Below are positions 60,226 to 64,000 of a stretch of DNA of 64,000 nt, in pieces. Position 1 is the first letter of the stretch. The number at the start of each line of letters is the position of its first letter. The position numbers and the translations under genes were made by a program. Under the pieces are notes generated by a model that was given only the letters and a program-made list of their open reading frames with translations, was not told the DNA's origin and made no database searches. The stretch is from Piromyces finnis finn (Eukaryota; Fungi; Neocallimastigomycota), in the NCBI GenBank assembly GCA_002104945.1, contig MCFH01000011.1:992001-1056000 (forward strand), in the 5' to 3' direction.

Positions 60226-61380
60226 TGTAAAAGTTTTACTAAACTTATAATTTAATATTAAAATATCAAATTAAATAAAAGGTTAAAAGATAACTAGGTT
60301 AGAAAAAAAATGTTTTATTAAAATAATCTTAATTGATTTATAAATGAATAATTAAATTATATATTATGGTTAAAATAATTTCTTTTATTTTATTTAATAA
60401 TATATTGCTAAAATATAATAATAAGATTATTTAGTAGTAATACTCATTAAGTATTAATTATTATTAATAGTTAATAATTTCTAGTTAATAATCTATAGCT
60501 AATAATTCATAGTTAATAATTTATAGTTAATAATTTATAGTTAATAATTTAATAATTTATGGTTAATAATTTTTGGTTAATAATCTTTACAAAGATTTTA
60601 ATTTCATAAACTATTCTAAACTATTTATACTATTTGTAATTTTACATTTAATAATAAAATAACTTTTCAATACATGATTATATTCGTAATATATTTTATA
60701 ATACTTAAACTAAACTTAAGACTTATTCCTAATTATTAAAAAATAACTATTGTTTATAATATTCATAATATTAATTATTTCTTAATTATAATATAATTCA
60801 TTGAATATAATATTAATAATTATAATCCTCTAGTTCAAAGATTATAAATTATGTTATTGAAATAATTATTATAAAATAAAGTTAATTAGTTCCGGAAAAT
60901 AATTTTGATTTAATTAAACAATAATTTTTATACTTTGAGTGAATGATTTATGTTTGATATATCAGGGGTGATCATTCTCTGAATAAACAATTAATCATTG
61001 CTAACAAAATATCTTTAAATTGGAATATCTCGTGAACCAGCAGAGATATTGACCTGATTTTAAGATATGTTGTTTGTCTCGAGCGTGGCTTTCTAACGAA
61101 CTTAATTATAACCAAAACATTTTTATTCAAAAATCGTCATTCGTTGAGGAGATACGCGTGTTTTTTCTTATTCCATTTTAACGATAAGGGTTAAAGTTAT
61201 TTATTATAAAAATTATTAAGGGTTAAGGTCATATTTTAACCTTTCCTAAATTTTTAAATATTTCTTAATAAAATTTTATAATTTATTTGAAAATAAAATA
61301 TTTGTTGATTTTGAATTTTCATAAGTGATTTCACAATTCCAAGTGATCTTGAAATTGTAATTTCACTAGTATTCGTGACA
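60226..61380 (+). mobile_element. Solo LTR family A inserted in the 5' LTR of element E
   Basis: TGTAAAAG..CGTGACA, 1155 bp, TSD ATTAG; the empty site is visible in the other E LTR (~53665). Confidence 0.95.
60468..60585. repeat. ~14-bp minisatellite (TAGTTAATAATTTA-like, ~8 degenerate units) unique to this LTR A copy
   Basis: Absent from the other family A copies and accounts for most of the extra length. Confidence 0.75.
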
Positions 61381-61436
61381 ATTAGTTTATATTAATATTA
61401 TAATTTCATATTTATTAATTTCAATTTATATCACAA

Positions 61437-62536
61437 TGATGCGTTGACCGATATATTTTTGAATAATATAATATTTTTAATAAATAATAAATTCTAATAT
61501 TTATGATGAAACAATAAATTTAAAATAAAATAAAATATGTTTTATAATTAACAAATAAATCACTCAAAAACTCGAAAATAAACTCTTTTTATTATGTTTA
61601 AATTATCTCTTTATTATATTTATAATTTATTTATTGTCTATTTATTGTCCGCCCCTTATAAAGAAGAATTTTATCTTCCTTTTATACATTTTCATTTATT
61701 ACATGTATTATTATTTTTAACTATTAAATGTTATTATTACTATTGTTATTATTTATTAAAATTAAAAGAATAAATTAAAATTATGTCTTAGTATTATAAA
61801 ATATTATAGAATATTACTTATTTGATTTTCTTATTACTTCAAAATGTTTAAAATTAGAAAAACTATTATAAATTATCATTAACTATCATTAAATGTATAA
61901 TACCTTGAATAAAATAATTAAAATTTAAAATTAAAATAATATTAAATTAAAATAAAAATTAAAATAAAAATTGAAATAAAATTAATAAAATCAAATATTA
62001 AAAGTATCAATTAATATAAACACATTTTATACAGAAACATAAAAGAGTTCTGTATTTTATCTTTAAAATTGTTATTATTGTTCTATTTCCAGGCTTTAAA
62101 TTAATCACTTTTAGTAATAATTACTCAGTTATTTATTTGTTAATTTATATATATAAGTTTGAAAGAATTTCTAAAGAACACTTGGATAAAACACTAGAAT
62201 TAATAATTTAATGTATATCATTTTATTTTTTTAGTTTATTTATTCATTTTTATTTACTTATTATTATTTTATTATTTTAATACATTTTTGGATTGAGTCG
62301 TTTTATTTTATTTAATAATTTATTTTATTATTATCTCTATTAAGTCGTTTTTATTCATAATTTATTATTTAATAAAGAGAATATTATTTATTTAAAAGAA
62401 AGGGTTATATTTCCATAAAATTATTATTTATTCATTTTTAAGGGTTATTATCTTTTATTTTTATTATAAGTCGCTATGGGTTAATTCGTGTTTATTCGGC
62501 TAGTTTTTATTACGTTTTTATGTGAGTAGCGTATCA
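61437..62536 (-). mobile_element. Solo LTR family D (1100 bp), ending 17 nt upstream of tRNA-Cys
   Basis: Homologous to 24623-25354 with ~370 bp extra; 4-bp TSD ACAA. Confidence 0.9.
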
Positions 62537-62553
62537 ACAAAAGTAACGTAAAA

Positions 62554-62625
62554 GGGGTGTTAGCTCAGCGGTAGAGCAATTGACTGCAGATCAATAGGTC
62601 TTCGGTTCAAATCCGGAACGCCCCT
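62554..62625 (+). tRNA. tRNA-Cys: tRNA-Cys(GCA)
   Basis: 72-nt cloverleaf GGGGTGT..ACGCCCC-T, anticodon loop CTGCAGA, U73 discriminator. Confidence 0.96.
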
Positions 62626-63189
62626 TTGTTTATTTTAATTATTATTTTAAAATAAATATTAACAAAATTTTAAAAGTAACTATGAAAACTCAATATTATA
62701 TACATAAATCAAATTGTAGAAGGTTTATTATATTTTCTATAAGAGAAATAGATTTACTATGTTATTTTACATAAAAAGTATTACAATAATAAATAAATAA
62801 TAACCACTCATATAAGCTAATATTGTAAATAATGTTTTTTATTAAAATTTATAAATATATTAGTAATTAAATAATGAATAAAACTAGTTATATATAATAA
62901 TAAGTGTTTGTTCGCCTTATTTCTCTTATTACTATAAACTATTTTTGACTATTTTAAATATAATAATTCTTTATTATTAATTTTTTATTATATTTATTAT
63001 ATTATTTTACTTTAATACTAACACTAAAATATTAGTGTTTGTTTACCTATGCTTTCACTTATAATATCATTAATCTGTATAAATTATTATTGATTATTAT
63101 TTTATAATATTATTTACTATAATAATACATGTCCATTATTTAAATATAAAATTAAATATTATATCATATTATAAATTAAACATAAATTC

Positions 63190-64000
63190 ATGGAAATTTT
63201 TTTTTGAGTAAAACTTATTAATTCAATATTAAATATTAAATTATAATTAAAAGACAAGTAAAAATTAAACTAAGTCAAGAAAATGTTTTATTAGAAATTT
63301 TATTAACAAATAAAAAAAATAATTCTTAAATTATATAATATAATATTATATAACTTAATAATAAAATTTGATAATAATCTTAAATTCATAAAATTAATTC
63401 TTTGTAAAGATTATTATTAACTAAACCATTTATATTCTTTGTAAAATTTAATAATAAACTAAGTTTCAGTGAGCGTCGAGGCTGAAGATTCAGTATGACA
63501 AACCAGAAGGGTCAAAACCACCTAGCAATAGGAAAGAGCCAACGTTTCTCTAAGAACCACCATTTGGGGCCTACTCTGATTGATGGAGGAAATGTAATTT
63601 TCAATACATGATTTATATTCATAATATACTTAATAATATTAAACTAAACATAAGAATAACAATAATATATATATTTATTAACTAAATATCAATAATATTA
63701 ATACTAATTATTATATAATTATTATATAAATAATTATATGTAGGTAAAATAACATAATCCTTTAATTCAAAGATTATGAAATATTTATTGAAGTATTAAA
63801 AATAAAGTTATTATCTTCGAATTATTATAATTTAATTTATTTTATTTTAATTTTACAGAATGATTTATGATTGATAATTAGGGGTGGGGTGATCATTTTC
63901 TGAATTATCAATAATCATTTGTATTTAAAAATCTTTAAATGTTGATATCTTGCGAACCAGCAAAGATATTATGCTCGTATTAACATATGTTGTTGTTCTT
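63190..64000 (+). mobile_element. Diverged family A-related LTR running off the window end, carrying the ncRNA-like insert
   Basis: Collinear blocks with LTR A (TTTGTAAAGATTATT, CAATACATGAT, TTCAAAGATTAT, GGGGTGATCATT, GAACCAGCA); start approximate. Confidence 0.65.
63469..63594 (+). ncRNA. Second copy of the RNase MRP-like fragment
   Basis: About 88% identical by eye to the reverse complement of 13305-13429, with its main hairpin disrupted. Confidence 0.3.

Larger units (their letters stand above)
53121..61433 (-). mobile_element. Full-length Ty3/Gypsy element E (no chromodomain), one pol frameshift
   Basis: 597-bp LTRs: 53121-53717 and 59677-60225 plus 61386-61433, no difference seen by eye. 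TSD CAAA (after removing LTR D), PPT AGAAGGGAGAAAT, PBS at 59660-59672. Confidence 0.94.

Noticed and set aside
1-64000. CRISPR array, rRNA, DNA transposase or host protein-coding genes
   Set aside because: No regularly spaced repeat-spacer array, rRNA motif or transposase ORF was seen. Short AT-rich host exons cannot be excluded by eye.

Overview
Extremely AT-rich eukaryotic DNA made almost entirely of nested LTR retrotransposons. No host protein gene is recognisable. Composition and element types suggest an anaerobic gut fungus (Neocallimastigomycota), which is an inference only. I assigned working names to the elements. (i) Three Ty3/Gypsy chromoviruses: element B (pol 419-3421, 5' end outside the window); element L (39768-46288, intact 1479-aa gag-pol, LTRs look identical); element M (39039-52121, three nonsense codons, L sits inside its 5' LTR). 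(ii) Three non-chromodomain Ty3/Gypsy elements with tRNA-Ala primer sites and gag/pol in a -1 frame relationship: I (15141-22923), H (31113-36361, truncated) and E (53121-61433). (iii) One gag-less Ty1/Copia element (6454-12534). (iv) About 18 solo or orphan LTRs of roughly 8 families, most bounded by TG..CA with 4- or 5-bp target-site duplications (TSDs). (v) Three tRNA genes (2 identical Ala-UGC, 1 Cys-GCA) and two copies of a ~125-nt ncRNA-like segment resembling the 3' end of RNase MRP RNA. Best candidate for an undescribed system: all three tRNA genes have LTR ends 15-17 nt upstream (five insertions, four LTR families, 4-bp CAA-containing TSDs where checkable), which looks like Ty3-style Pol III start-site-targeted integration. 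Other highlights: a conserved UUUAAAC plus GGGAG-N8-CUCCC -1 frameshift signal (with a pseudoknot in E), Tf1-type self-priming in two chromovirus families, and a D-[T/S]-C protease motif. All coordinates and alignments were read by eye and need computational confirmation.
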